Assembly: GCA_964016885.1 (NCBI GenBank)
Contig: OZ024744.1
Coordinates: forward strand, 106,330,001-106,394,000
Length of the DNA: 64,000 bases
Direction: 5' to 3'
Source of the DNA: Eledone cirrhosa
Lineage: Eukaryota
This document shows positions 50,701 through 63,965 of this stretch, piece after piece. Below the pieces are notes generated by a model. The model was not told the DNA's origin. It did not search any database and worked only from the letters and a program-made list of their open reading frames with translations. Position 1 is the first letter of the stretch. Each line of letters begins with the position of its first letter. A program made the position numbers and the translations under genes.

Positions 50701-53700
50701 CCACTCTATAATGTGGTCATGTGGGTGACACACAAACAGTGCCCTGTCCACTCTATAAGGTGGTCATGTTGGTGACACACAAACAGTGCTCTGTCCACTC
50801 TATAAGGTGGTCATGTGGGTGACACAACAAAAAGTGCCCTGTCCACTCTATAAGGTGGTCATGCTGGTGACACAACAAACAGTGCCCTGTCCACTCTATA
50901 AGGTGGTCATGCTGGTGACACAACAAACAGTGCTCTGTCCACTCTATAAGGTGGTCATGTTGGTGACACACAAACAGTGCTCTGTCCACTCTATAAGGTG
51001 GTCATGTGGGTGACACACAAACAGTGCTCTGTCCACTCTATAAGGTGGTCATGCTGGTGACACAACAAAAAGTTCTCTGTCCACTCTATAAGGTGGTCAT
51101 GTTGGTGACACACAAACAGTGCTCTGTCCACTCTATAAGGTGGTCATGCTGGTGACACAACAAAAAGTGCCCTGTCCACTCTATAAGGTGGTCATGCTGG
51201 TGACACACAAACAGTGCTCTGTCCACTCTATAAGGTGGTCATGTGGGTGACACACAAACAGTGCTCTGTCCACTCTATAAGGTGGTCATGCTGGTGACAC
51301 AACAAAAAGTGCCCTGTCCACTCTATAAGGTGGTCATGCTGGTGACACAACAAAAAGTGCTCTGTCCACTCTATAAGGTGGTCATGTTGGTGACACAACA
51401 AAAAGTGCCCTGCCCACTCTATAAGGTGGTCATGTTGGTGACAACAAAAAGTGCCCTGTCCACTCTATAAGGTGGTCATGCTGGTGACACAACAAAAAGT
51501 GCCCTGTCCACTCTATAAGGTGGTCATGTTGGTGACACAACAAAAAGTGCCCTGTCCACTCTATAAGGTGGTCATGTGGGTGACACAACAAACAGTGCCC
51601 TGTCCACTCTATAAGGTGGTCATGTGGGTGACACACAAAAAGTGCTCTGTCCACTCTATAAGGTGGTCATGTTGGTGACAACAAAAAGTGCCCTGCCCAC
51701 TCTATAAGGTGGTCATGTTGGTGACACAACAAAAAGTGCCCTGTCCACTCTATAAGGTGGTCATGTGGGTGACACACAAACAGTGCCCTGTCCACTCTAT
51801 AAGGTGGTCATGTTGGTGACACACAAACAGTGCCCTGTCCACTCTATAAGGTGGTCATGTTGGTGACACACAAACAGTGCCCTGTCCACTCTATAAGGTG
51901 GTCATGTTGGTGACACACAAACAGTGCCCTGTCCACTCTATAAGGTGGTCATGTTGGTGACACAACAAAAAGTGCCCTGTCCACTCTATAAGGTGGTCAT
52001 GTGGGTGACACAACAAACAGTGCTCTGTCCACTCTATAAGGTGGTCATGTTGGTGACAACAAAAAGTGCCCTGCCCACTCTATAAGGTGGTCATGTTGGT
52101 GACACAACAAACAGTGCCCTGTCCACTCTATAAGGTGGTCATGTTGGTGACACAACAAACAGTGCTCTGCCCACTCTATAAGGTGGTCATGTTGGTGACA
52201 CAACAAAAAGTGCTCTGTCCACTCTATAAGGTGGTCATGTTGGTGACACAACAAAAAGTGCTTTGTCCACTCTATAAGGTGGTCATGTTGGTGACACACA
52301 AACAGTGCTCTGTCCACTCTATAAGGTGGTCATGTTGGTGACACAACAAACAGTGCCCTGTCCACTCTATAAGGTGGTCATGTGGGTGACACAACAAACA
52401 GTGCTCTGCCCACTCTATAAGGTGGTCATGTTGGTGACACAACAAACAGTGCCCTGTCCACTCTATAAGGTGGTCATGTTGGTGACACAACAAACAGTGC
52501 CCTGTCCACTCTATAAGGTGGTCATGTTGGTGACACAACAAACAGTGCCCTGTCCACTCTATAAGGTGGTCATGTGGGTGACACACAAACAGTGCCCTGC
52601 CCACTCTATAAGGTGGTCATGTTGGTGACACAACAAACAGTGCTCTGTCCACTCTATAAGGTGGTCATGTTGGTGACACACAAACAGTGCTCTGTCCACT
52701 CTATAAGGTGGTCATGTTGGTGACACACAAACAGTGCTCTGTCCACTCTATAAGGTGGTCATGTTGGTGACACAACAAACAGTGCTCTGTCCACTCTATA
52801 AGGTGGTCATGTGGGTGACACACAAACAGTGCCCTGTCCACTCTATAAGATGGTCATGTTGGTGACACACAAACAGTGCTCTGTCCACTCTATAAGATGG
52901 TCATGTTGGTGACACACAAACAGTGCTCTGTCCACTCTATAAGATGGTCATGTTGGTGACACACAAACAGTGCTCTGTCCACTCTATAAGATGGTCATGT
53001 TGGTGACACACAAACAGTGCTCTGTCCACTCTATAAGATGGTCATGTTGGTGACACACAAACAGTGCTCTGTCCACTCTATAAGGTGGTCATGCTGGTGA
53101 CACAACAAACAGTGCCCTGTCCACTCTATAAGGTGGTCATGTTGGTGACACAACAAACAGTGCCCTGTCCACTCTATAAGGTGGTCATGTTGGTGACACA
53201 CAAACAGTGCTCTGTCCACTCTATAAGATGGTCATGTTGGTGACACAACAAACAGTGCCCTGTCCACTCTATAAGGTGGTCATGTTGGTGACACAACAAA
53301 CAGTGCCCTGTCCACTCTATAAGGTGGTCATGTTGGTGACACACAAACAGTGCTCTGTCCACTCTATAAGATGGTCATGTTGGTGACACAACAAAAAGTG
53401 CTCTGTCCACTCTATAAGATGGTCATGTTGGTGACACACAAACAGTGCTCTGTCCACTCTATAAGGTGGTCATGTTGGTGACACACAAACAGTGCCCTGT
53501 CCACTCTATAAGGTGGTCATGTTGGTGACACACAAACAGTTCCCTGTCCACTCTATAAGGTGGTCATGTTGGTGACACACAAACAGTGCTCTGTCCACTA
53601 TATAAGGTGGTCATGTTGGTGACACAACAAACAGTGCTCTGTCCACTCTATAAGGTGGTCATGTTGGTGACACACAAACAGTGCTCTGTCCACTCTATAA

Positions 53701-54765
53701 GGTGGTCATGTTGGTGACACACAAACAGTGCCCTGCCCACTCTATAAGATGGTCATGTTGGTGACACACAAACAGTGCTCTGCCCACTCTATAAGGTGGT
53801 CATGTTGGTGACACAACAAACAGTGCTCTGTCCACTCTATAAGGTGGTCATGTTGGTGACACACAAACAGTGCTCTGTCCACTCTATAAGGTGGTCATGT
53901 TGGTGACACACAAACAGTGCCCTGCCCACTCTATAAGATGGTCATGTTGGTGACACACAAACAGTGCTCTGCCCACTCTATAAGGTGGTCATGTTGGTGA
54001 CACAACAAACAGTGCTCTGTCCACTCTATAAGGTGGTCATGTTGGTGACACACAAACAGTGCTCTGTCCACTCTATAAGGTGGTCATGTTGGTGACACAC
54101 AAACAGTGCCCTGCCCACTCTATAAGATGGTCATGTTGGTGACACACAAACAGTGCTCTGCCCACTCTATAAGGTGGTCATGTTGGTGACACAACAAACA
54201 GTGCTCTGTCCACTCTATAAGGTGGTCATGCTGGTGACACACAAACAGTGCCCTGTCCACTCTATAAGATGGTCATGCTGGTGACACAACAAAAAGTGCC
54301 CTGTCCACTCTATAAGATGGTCATGTTGGTGACACACAAACAGTGCTCTGTCCACTCTATAAGGTGGTCATGTGGGTGACACACAAACAGTGCCCTGTCC
54401 ACTCTATAAGGTGGTCATGCTGGTGACACAACAAACAGTGCTCTGTCCACTCTATAAGGTGGTCATGTTGGTGACACAACAAACAGTGCCCTGTCTACTC
54501 TATAAGGTGGTCATGTGGGTGACACAACAAAAAGTGCCCTGCCCACTCTATAAGGTGGTCATGCTGGTGACACAACAAACAGTGCTCTGTCCACTCTATA
54601 AGGTGGTCATGTTGGTGACACAACAAAAAGTGTCCTGTCCACTCTATAAGGTGGTCATGTGGGTGACACAACAAAAAGTGTCCTGTCCACTCTATAAGGT
54701 GGTCATGTTGGTGACACAACAAAAAGTGTCCTGTCCACTCTATAATGCTAGTGACACAACAAAAA
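47793..54765. repeat. ~7-kb minisatellite, 46-48-bp unit, roughly 150 copies, inside an old RTE 3' UTR (47420-54995)
   Basis: gtccactctataaggtggtcatgttggtgacacaacaaacagtgccct; the left flank matches the RTE ORF end and the right flank the RTE tail (cagctgtagaaac...gatgatgatg). Confidence 0.97.
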
Positions 54766-55102
54766 CCACCCGGTTGGTCCAGTAAGATGGTCATTTTGGT
54801 GCCACAATAAAAGCAACCAGTCCACATTGTAACATGGTTCGTATCAGAAAGAGCAAGCAGCTGTAGAAACTAAGCCCAAATAAAATTCCATATGAACAAG
54901 ACATGATCATCTGACCTGGTTGTCTTCATACTGTGACAACCCATCTAACCCAAACAAGCAGAGAAAATGGATGATAAACATTGATGATGATGAACAACAT
55001 TATATTTATATATACATAATACAGCCAGAGAAATATCAATGTATTAAAGCAGCAGGAATAATTTTTATTTCTTATTCATATTTTTTTTCTGTTCAACTAT
55101 TA

Positions 55103-55161
55103 GCTGTCTGATGAGGTCATAATCGTTGCATAACAGTTATCATTGAAATATATAAGACAGC
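55103..55161 (+). ncRNA. Hammerhead motif homologous to 46230-46288, cleavage site mutated
   Basis: gctgt-CTGATGA-ggtcataatcgtt-gcat-aacagttatcatt-GAAA-tatata-ag-acagc; shared downstream cctg.tgactt..acttc. Confidence 0.68.
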
Positions 55162-55236
55162 AATTCTATAATGAATAAAATTCAAGCCTGTTGACTTGTA
55201 CTTCATTACTATAATTATACTTTGGAGTATAACTTT

Positions 55237-56022
55237 ATTAACTTATGTAATTAGTAGATACTACAGACCCAGTGGTCATTAACTTATGTAATTAGATACT
55301 ACAGACCCAGTGGTCATTAACTTATGTAATTAGATACTACAGACCCAGTGGTCATTAACTTATGTAATTAGGTATTACAGACCCAGTGGTCATTAACTTA
55401 TGTAATTAGATATTACAGACCCAGTGGTCATTAACTTATGTAATTAGGTATTACAGACCCAGTGGTCATTAACTTATGTAATTAGATACTACAGACCTAG
55501 TGGTCATTCATCATCATCATCATCATTTTACGTCTGCTTTTCTCTGCTTGCAAGGGTGGGACGGGAACTGATTCTGGCTTGATTTTTACAGCTGGATGCC
55601 CTTCCTAACACCAACTTCATTTACAGTGAGTGCTGGGTGCTTTTTTTTTTCGTGGCACCTACACGTCCACTTTACAGTGTGGGCTGGGTGCTTTTTTGCC
55701 ATGGCACTCCACGACCACTTTGTAGTGGAATGATAGGGACCCCAGTCCTATCATCTCATTTCTACAGCTGAGTAAACTGGAGCAATGTGAAATAAAGTGT
55801 CTTGCTCAAGGAAACAACACATCACCCGGTCTGAGAATTGAACTCACAACCTTTCGATTGCAAGCCCAATGATCTAACAACTAAGCCATGTGCCTCATTA
55901 AGTTATGTAATTAGATACTATAGTTCTAGTGGTCATTAAGCTATGTAATTAGTAGATACTACAGACCTAGTGGTCATTAACATATGTAATTAGTAGATAC
56001 TACAGACCCAGTAGTCATTAAC
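55237..56022. repeat. 38-41-bp tandem repeat (~10 copies) interrupted by a full SINE family 2 copy (55508-55897, minus)
   Basis: attaacttatgtaattagatactacagacccagtggtc on both sides of the SINE. Confidence 0.92.
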
Positions 56023-56039
56023 CCAAAATCTGGACAGCA

Positions 56040-57370
56040 ACTAAGCTGTTGAAAATAGTATGGAGCTTATTCAGACGTCTGATAGCAGTTAATAGTGGTT
56101 TGTTGGACTTTTGCTAACTTTAAAGCCTTGATAATCCACCAGTGTGGTATACTTTGATAAGTCGTTTGGTAGTCCAGCCACACTACAGTTAAGTTCCAGT
56201 GATTCTTTACTGTTTTTTCCTGGATCATTTTATTAATTAGTAGCTGCTCTATACACCCCTACACCTCATCCTTTTCCCCCAGCTTTCTCAGGTGTCATAA
56301 TGTTATTGGTGGCACAATGATCTTGCAACAACAAATGCACACACTGTATAATGTGTAAATGATGTCTTGGCAGGCCATTGGGTGGTAATTCTTAACATGG
56401 GTAGTTTAGTGGGATGAGGAGAGTAGTGGTAGTTGATAACCAATGGACAAGTTCTTGTGTGTCCTTGATACTTTCTCCATATAACCGTATGAGATCTCTG
56501 TGATAAAAGGTGAAATTCTTCAGGCAGTTACCTGTTATGAGGTCTGGGCTTGGGGTTTCCTGTTTGACATTTTCTGTAGAGCTGTTTCCAGAACTACACC
56601 ATCTATTTCATATTCTAGCTATACAGCTTGCTTGTTAAACTTGTTCAGCAGCTCTCAACCTGATCTCAACCCGATCTTTTGTAGGGGTGTCTTTTACAGA
56701 GCTTCGGTCTTTCACATTTTCTGTAGGGGTGTCTTTTACAGAGCTTCAGCCTTTCACATTTTTCTGTAGGGGTGTCTTTTACAGAGCTTCAGCCTTTCAC
56801 ATTTTTCTGTAGGGGTGTCTTTTACAGAGCTTCAGCCTTTCACATTTTTCTGTAGGGGTGTCTTTTACAGAGCTTCAGCCTTTCACATTTTTCTGTAGGG
56901 GTGTCTTTTACAGAGCTTCAGCCTTTCACATTTTTCTGTAGGGGTGTCTTTTACAGAGATTCATCCTTTCACATTATCCTCTGTAGGGGTGTCTTTTACA
57001 GAGATTCAGCCTTTCACATTTTTTTGTAGCGGTGTCTTTTACAGAGATTCAGCCTTTCACATTATCTTCTGTAGGGGTGACTTTTACAGAGTTTCAGTCT
57101 TTCACATTTTCTGTAGGGGTGTCTTTTACAGAGCTTCAGCCTTTCACATTATCCTCTGTAGGGGTGTCTTTTACAGAGCTTCAGCCTTTCACATTATCTT
57201 CTGTAGGGGTGACTTTTACAGAGATTCAGCCTTTCACATTGAAGCTATGAGAGACTGATTTGAGATCTCTGGCAAACAATATATTTAGTATTTGCTGTTT
57301 ATATGATGTAGATTTATATTTTAGTTTTTTGGCTGCTGTAGTTTGGAGTTTAAGGTTTTAAATCCCATAC
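56040..57370 (-). pseudogene. Degenerate RLE-type (R4-like) RT fragment containing a ~43-bp tandem expansion (56678-57240, ~13 copies)
   Basis: ALQKMSNRK, PDLITG, WLSTTTTLLIP, KNYHPMAC, DHCATNNIM, GCIEQLLINKMI, VWLDY, WWIIKALKLAKV. Confidence 0.75.
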
Positions 57371-57414
57371 TTCCAAATCACCTCATCATTATCATCGTCA
57401 TCATCATTTTAATT

Positions 57415-58445
57415 CCATTTTATATCTATACTTCCATAGGTTGGACATATCTTTTCCAACACAACAACACTCCACTTGCTGCTGTCCACCATTTTATATC
57501 TATAATTCCATAGGTTGGACATATCTTTTCCAACACAGCAACACTCCACTTGCTGCTGTCCACCATTTTATATCTATACTTCCATAGGTTGGACATATCT
57601 TTTCCAACACAACAACACTCCACTTGCTGCTGTCCACCATTTTATATCTATACTTCCATAGGTTGGACATATCTTTTCCAACACAGCAACACTCCACTTG
57701 AGCTGTCCACCATTTTATATCTATAATTCCATAGGTTGGACATATCTTTTCCAACACAACAACACTCCACTTGCTGCTGTCCACCATTTTATATCTATAA
57801 TTCCATAAGTTGGACATATCTTTTCCAACACAGCAACACTCCACTTGCTGCTGTCCACCATTTGATATCTATACTTCCATAGGTTGGACATATCTTTTCA
57901 ACACAGCAACACTCCACTTGCTGCTGTCAACCATTTTATATCTATACTTCCATAAGTTGGACATATCTTTTCAACAAAGCAACACTCCACTTGCTGCTGT
58001 CCACCATTTTATATCTATACTTCCATAGGTTGGACATATCTTTTCCAACACAACAACACTCCACTTGCTGCTGTCAACCATTTTATATCTATACTTCCAT
58101 AGGTTGGACATATCTTTTCCAACACAACAACACTCCACTTGCTGCTGTCCACCATTTTATATCTATACTTCCATAGGTTGGACATATCTTTTCCAACACA
58201 GCAACACTCCACTTGCTGCTGTCCACCATTTTATATCTATACTTCCATAGGTTGGACATATCTTTTCCAACACAGCAACACTCCACTTGCTACTGTCCAC
58301 CATTTTATATCTATACTTCCATAAGTTGGACAAATATTTTCCAACACAACAACACTCCACTTGCTGCTGTCCACCATTTTATATCTATACTTCCATAGGT
58401 TGGACATATCTTTTCCAACACAACACTCCACTTGCTGCTGTCCAT
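57415..58445. repeat. 74-bp tandem repeat (~14 copies) made from the last ~74 bp of a minus-strand RTE element (57385-58730)
   Basis: Array bounded by a (cat)n tail at 57385-57407 and an RTE C-terminal remnant at 58445-58730. Confidence 0.9.
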
Positions 58446-58868
58446 CATCCTCTTCTCTGAGAGCTTCAACAATTTGAAATCAGCTTTCCCAACCTCCATC
58501 TAGGTCTTCCTTAGTCTCCCTCCTGTATTTTCCTTCTACTGGGATTTCTGGGCATCTCTTCACCCAAATATTATCCTCCATATACATCACATGTCCATAC
58601 TAGTACAGTTTTTTTCTGCTGCATACATGTTCTTCGACCTATACCTAGTTTTTCTCTCAGTTCATCCATGCTTTGTTGATCATACACATTAACATTGCAC
58701 ATCTATAGGAGCTCACTTGCTTCATGAGTGTAAACACACACACACACACACATACGCACACATTTAAGTATAAATATGTGGTACAAGGAAAAAAATCAGG
58801 AACAACTAGACAGGAAGATATATATTTATATATATATATACACAGACAAACAACGAGAAAGAAAGAGG

Positions 58869-58920
<52 letters not shown>

Positions 58921-59077
58921 GAAAAAGAGATTCGTTATATTTATCTTTTCCTCGTTAGACTGTAGCACAACTGGAGCACCACAATGAAAAGAATTAGTCA
59001 GTCATAGATTTCAGTTCTTATTCGATTGGTCTCTTATAAATGTGCAAAAAAGTGGTAAAAGATATATATGTATATAT

Positions 59078-59318
59078 ATCATCATCATCATCATCATTAT
59101 TTAACGTCCATCTTCCACGCTTGCATGGGTTTGGACGGGAATTTTCCCACTTGAGGCAAGATTGGTTGTCTTGCTCGTATAGGACTGTCTGGCGGGTTTT
59201 CTACGGCTGGATGCCCTTCCTAACACCAACCACGTTTACAGTGTGGACTGGGAGGTTTTTACCGTGTTACCTACACGGCCACATTACAGCATGGACTGTG
59301 TGTTTTTTTGTTGTGACA

Positions 59319-59375
<57 letters not shown>

Positions 59376-60160
59376 ATTCAGGACCCCCAACAGCTGAGCT
59401 CCAGCCATTTCAAAAGCTGGATCCATTCAGATCTAGTTGTCAAAATGGCCAGAGCTCATCCATCGGGGGTCCTGAATTTTTTCATATTACCAACTCTACT
59501 ACCCCAAGTATCGAGTACTCATCATCATCATCATCATCATCAACGTTTAACGTCCGTGTTCCACGCTTGCATGGGTTTGGACGGGGGTATTCCCACTTGA
59601 GGCAAGAGTGATTGTCTTGCTCGCATAGGACTGTCTGGCAGGTTTTCTACAGTTGGATGCCCTTCCTAACACCAACCACATTTACAGTGTGGGACTGGGA
59701 GGTTTTTACCGTGTTGCCTACACGGCCACATTACAGCGTGGACTGTCTGGCGGGTTTTCTACAGCTGGATGCCCTTCCTAACACCAACCTCATTTACAGT
59801 GTGGGGCTGGGAGGTTTTTACCGTGTTGCCTACACGGCCACATTACAGCGTGGACTGTCTGGCGGGTTTTCTACAGCTGGATGCCCTTCCTAACACCAAC
59901 CACATTTACAGTGTGGGACTGTGTGGGAGGTTTTTACCGTGTTGCCTACACGGCCACATTACAGAGTGGACTGTGTGTTTTTTGGTCGTGACACCTATAT
60001 ATATATATATATAAAGATTCAGGACCCCAACAGCTGAGCTCCAGCCATTTCAAAAGCTGGATCCATTCAGATCTAGTTGTCAAAATGGCCAGAGCTCATC
60101 CATTGGGGGTCCTGAATCTTTTCATATTACCAACTCTACTACGCCAAGTATCGAGTACTC
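59078..60160. repeat. Tandem duplication of a composite unit (RTE-type tail, (TA)n, ~110-bp foldback element); second copy has an internal triplication
   Basis: 59078-59520 recurs at 59521-60160; aagattcaggacccc...ggggtcctgaatctt inverted ends at 59372-59481 and 60013-60122. Confidence 0.85.
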
Positions 60161-60503
60161 TGGTGGATTATGGTCTAACTGGTTTTTACCACACCCCCAC
60201 CTGATATATATATATATATATATATGTGTATATGTATCACCATCACCATCATCACCACCATCATCACCACCATCATAACCGTCACCACCACCACCACCAA
60301 CACTACTACTACCACCATCACCATCACCACCATCACCAATATCACCATTGTCGTCATCATCATCATCATCATCATAACTACACGTATACAGCTCTCAAGC
60401 TGTTGTCACAAACAGACATCACAAACACACTTCATATATATATATACACACACATACACACTTCATATATATATATATATATATACACACACATACACAC
60501 TTC

Positions 60504-60581
<78 letters not shown>

Positions 60582-60844
60582 CCATATATATATACACACA
60601 TGTGTGTGTGTATATATAAAGTAAATATCCGAGGTTTAATCCCAAATAAATGGGACCACCCAGTTCTACACTCTAAATGTGGTGGGTGTTAAGAAGGACA
60701 CCTTTGAAACTCCCAGCAAAAATATACTTCTGTTTGAACAAGGAACGGCACCGCCACATGGCCAGACTTGCCGTGTAACATGCAGCGCATGTCTGACCCA
60801 TGCAAGCATGGAGGAATACATGTTAAATGGTGAGGATGATGATA

Positions 60845-61006
60845 ATTGTTTCTACTTTAGGCACAAGGCCAGCAATTGCCCAGTGCATTACTGGTACTTT
60901 ATTTTATCGACCCCGTAAGGATGAAGGGCAAAGTCAACCTCGGCTGGATTTGAACTCAGACCGTAAAGGGACGTAACTCTATGCTGGCGTCCGACCCTCT
61001 ACCGAT
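60845..61006 (-). mobile_element. SINE family 1 copy, head partly deleted
   Basis: Same core and tail. Confidence 0.87.
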
Positions 61007-61079
61007 AATGGTGATATATATATATATATATACAAGAAAGATGTGTGTATGTGTGAGTGTGTGTGTGTGTATGTAGCAT

Positions 61080-63490
61080 AGTATGGTAAGGTGTCACGGA
61101 GTAACGTGTACTGTGGTATAGTATGAAAGGGTGTAGTGTGGGGTAGCATGGCGTAGTGGGTGTGGTGTGGTGAGGTGTGTTGTGGTGTGGTGTGGTGTAG
61201 TGTGGTGTGGTGTGGTGTAGTGCGGTGTGGTGTGGTGTGGTGTGGTGTAGTGTGGTGTAGTGTAGTGTGGTGTAGTGTGGTGTAGTGTGGTGTGGTGTGG
61301 TGTGGAGAAGTGGGTGTGGTGTGGTGAGGTGTGGTGTAGTGTGGTGTAGTGTGGTGTAGTGTGGTGTAGTGCGGTGTGGTGTGGTGTAGTGTAGTGTGGT
61401 GTGGAGTGGTGTGGTGTGCTGTGGTGTGGTGTAGTGCGGTGTGGTGTGGTGTAGTGTAGTGTGGTGTGGTGTGGAGTGGTGTGGTGTGCTGTGGTGTGGT
61501 GTAGTGTGGTGTGGTGTAGTGTGGTGTAGTGTGGTGTACTGTTGTGTGGTGTTGTGTGTTGTGATGTAGTATGGTGTAGTGGGTGTGGTGTGGTGAGGTG
61601 TGGTGTGGTGTAGTGTGGTGTAGTGTGGTGTAGTGTGGTGTAGTGTGGTGTAGTGTGGTATAGTGTGGTGTGCTGTGGTGTGGTGTGGTGTAGTGTAGTG
61701 TGGTGTAGTGTCGTGTAGCGTGGTGTAGTGGGTGTGGTGTGGTGAGGTGTGGTGTGGAGTGGTGTGGTGTGCTGTGGTGTGGTGTGGTGTAGTGTGGTGT
61801 AGTGTGGTGTACTGTTGTGTGGTGTTGTGTGTTGTGATGTAGTATGGTGTAGTGGGTGTGGTGTGGTGTGGTGAGGTGTGGTGTGGTGTAGTGTGGTGTA
61901 GTGTAGTGTGGTGTAGTGTGGTGTAGTGTGGTGTGGTGTGGCGAAGTGGGTGTGGTGTGGTGAGGTGTGGTGTGGTGTAGTGTGGTGTAGTGTAGTGTGG
62001 TGTAGTGTGGTGTTGTGCGGTGTGGTGTTCTGTGGCGTAGTGGGTGTGGTGTGGTGTGGTGAAGTGCGGTGAGGTGTGGTGAGGTGTGGTGTAGTGTGGT
62101 GTAGTGTTGTATACTGTTGTGTGGTGTTGTGTGTTGTGATGTACTGTGGTGTAGTGGGTGTGGTGTGGTGAGGTGTGGTGTGGTGTAGTGTGGTGTAGTG
62201 TGGTGTGGTGTAGTGTGGTGTAGTGTGGTGTAGTGTGGTGTGGAGTGGTGTGGTGTGCTGTGGTGTGGTGTGGTGTAGTGTGGTGTAGTGTGGTGTACTG
62301 TTGTGTGGTGTTGTGTGCTGTGATGTAGTATGGTGTAGTGGGTGTGGTGTGGTGTGGTGAGGTGTGGTGTGGTGTAGTGTGGTGTAGAGTGATGTAGTGC
62401 GGTGTGGTGTGGTGTAGTGTGCTGTGGTGTAGTGTGCTGTGGTGTGGTGTAGTGTGGTGTAGTGTAGTGTAGTGTGGTGTGGTGTAGTGTGGTGTAGTGT
62501 GGTGTGGTGTACTGTGGTGTAGTGTGGTGTAGTGTGGTGTAGTGTGGTGTAGTGTAGTGTAGTGTGGTGTGGTGTGGTGTAGTGTAGTGTGGTGTAGTGT
62601 GGTGTAGTGTAGTGTAGTGTAGTGTGGTGTAGTGTGGTGTGCTGTGGTGTAGTGTGGTGTGGTGTAGTATGGTGTAGTGTAGTGTAGTGTAGTGTAGTAT
62701 AGTGTGGTGTGGTGTAGTGGAGTCTGGTGTGGTGTGGTGTATAGTGGTGTGGTGTGGTGTAGTGTAGTGTAGTGTGATGTGGTGTAGTGTAGTGTAATGT
62801 AGTGTAGTGTGGTGTAGTGTGGTGTAGTGTAGTGTGGTGTAGTGTGATGTGATGTGGTGTAGTGTCGTGTAGTGTGGAGTGGTGTAGTGTTATGTGGTGT
62901 AATGGTATGGTGTGGTGTAGTGTGGTGTAGTGTAGTGTAGTGGGTGTAGTGTTGTGTGGTGTGGTGTGGTGCATTGTAGCATGGTGTAGTGTGGTGTAGT
63001 GTGGTGTGGTGTAGTGTGGTGTAGTGTTGTGTGGTGTGGTGTATTGTAGCATGGTGTAGTGTAGTTTACTGTTGTGTAATGTAGTGTAGTGTAGTGAAGT
63101 GGGGTGTAGTGTGGTGTAGTGTAGTGTGGTGTGGTGTAGTTTACTGTTATGTAGTGTAGTGTAGTGTAGTGTAGTGTGGTGTAGTGTAGTTTACTGTTGT
63201 GTAGTGTAGTGTAGTGTAGTGAAGTGGGGTGTAGTGTGGTGTAGTGTAGTGTGGTGTGGTGTAGTTTACTGTTGTGTAGTGTAGTGTAGTGTAGTGAAGT
63301 CGGGTGTAGTGTGGTGTAGTGTAGTGTGGTGTGGTGTAGTTTACTGTTGTGTAGTGTAGTGTAGTGTAGTGTAGTGAAGTGGAGTGTAGTGTGGTGTAGT
63401 GTAGTGTGTTGTGGTGTAGTTTACTGTTATGTAGTGTAGTGTAGTGTAGTGTAGTGTGGTGTGGTGTAGTTTACTGTAGTGTAGTGTGGT
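61080..63490. repeat. Pentanucleotide satellite (GTGTG/GTGTA)n with higher-order variant blocks
   Basis: Direct; blocks such as gtactgttgtgtggtgttgtgtgttgtgatg recur. Confidence 0.97.
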
Positions 63491-63893
63491 CGAGTGTTAT
63501 TTTATTTTATTGACTGGAGAAGAGTGACAATTATCTCTCAATTAATAACACTTATACATCCGTTGTACATCAATATTACATCAAATTATGATAGACATTA
63601 AAATAATATATGTAAAAGAAGCCCCAAAAGTATAAAACGTTTGAGGCTAAACATAAAAATATGTTAAATATTAAATAATTCTTCAGATTGTTTACCTACA
63701 TTCACAAAATCAAATTGGTTGTTTCTGTAGCTTGCTTGGTGTGGACAGTTGACAACTCTCACTTGCAGTTTTATTCTAACAATTATTAGAAAAATCTTAA
63801 GACATGTAGAAGCTTGGTTAATGTTGTTTTTACTGTTTGTGTATACTGTTAGTTTTGTGTTATATACACACCTGTATGTGGTATATGTGTGTA

Positions 63894-63965
<72 letters not shown>

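Noticed and set aside
47793-54765. Many ORFs with Cys/His repeats resembling metal-binding proteins
   Set aside because: Products of a 48-bp unit; frames break at every 46/47-bp variant, and the unit derives from an RTE 3' UTR.
60175-60624. Poly-His, poly-Met/Val and IY-repeat ORFs (also at 22552, 33721, 39355 and similar)
   Set aside because: Translations of (CAT/CAC)n, (TA)n, (GA)n and (CA)n microsatellites.
61094-63052. 652-aa His/Thr/Pro/Tyr-rich ORF
   Set aside because: Translation of the (CACAC/TACAC)n satellite strand, which lacks stop codons; no evidence of a gene.
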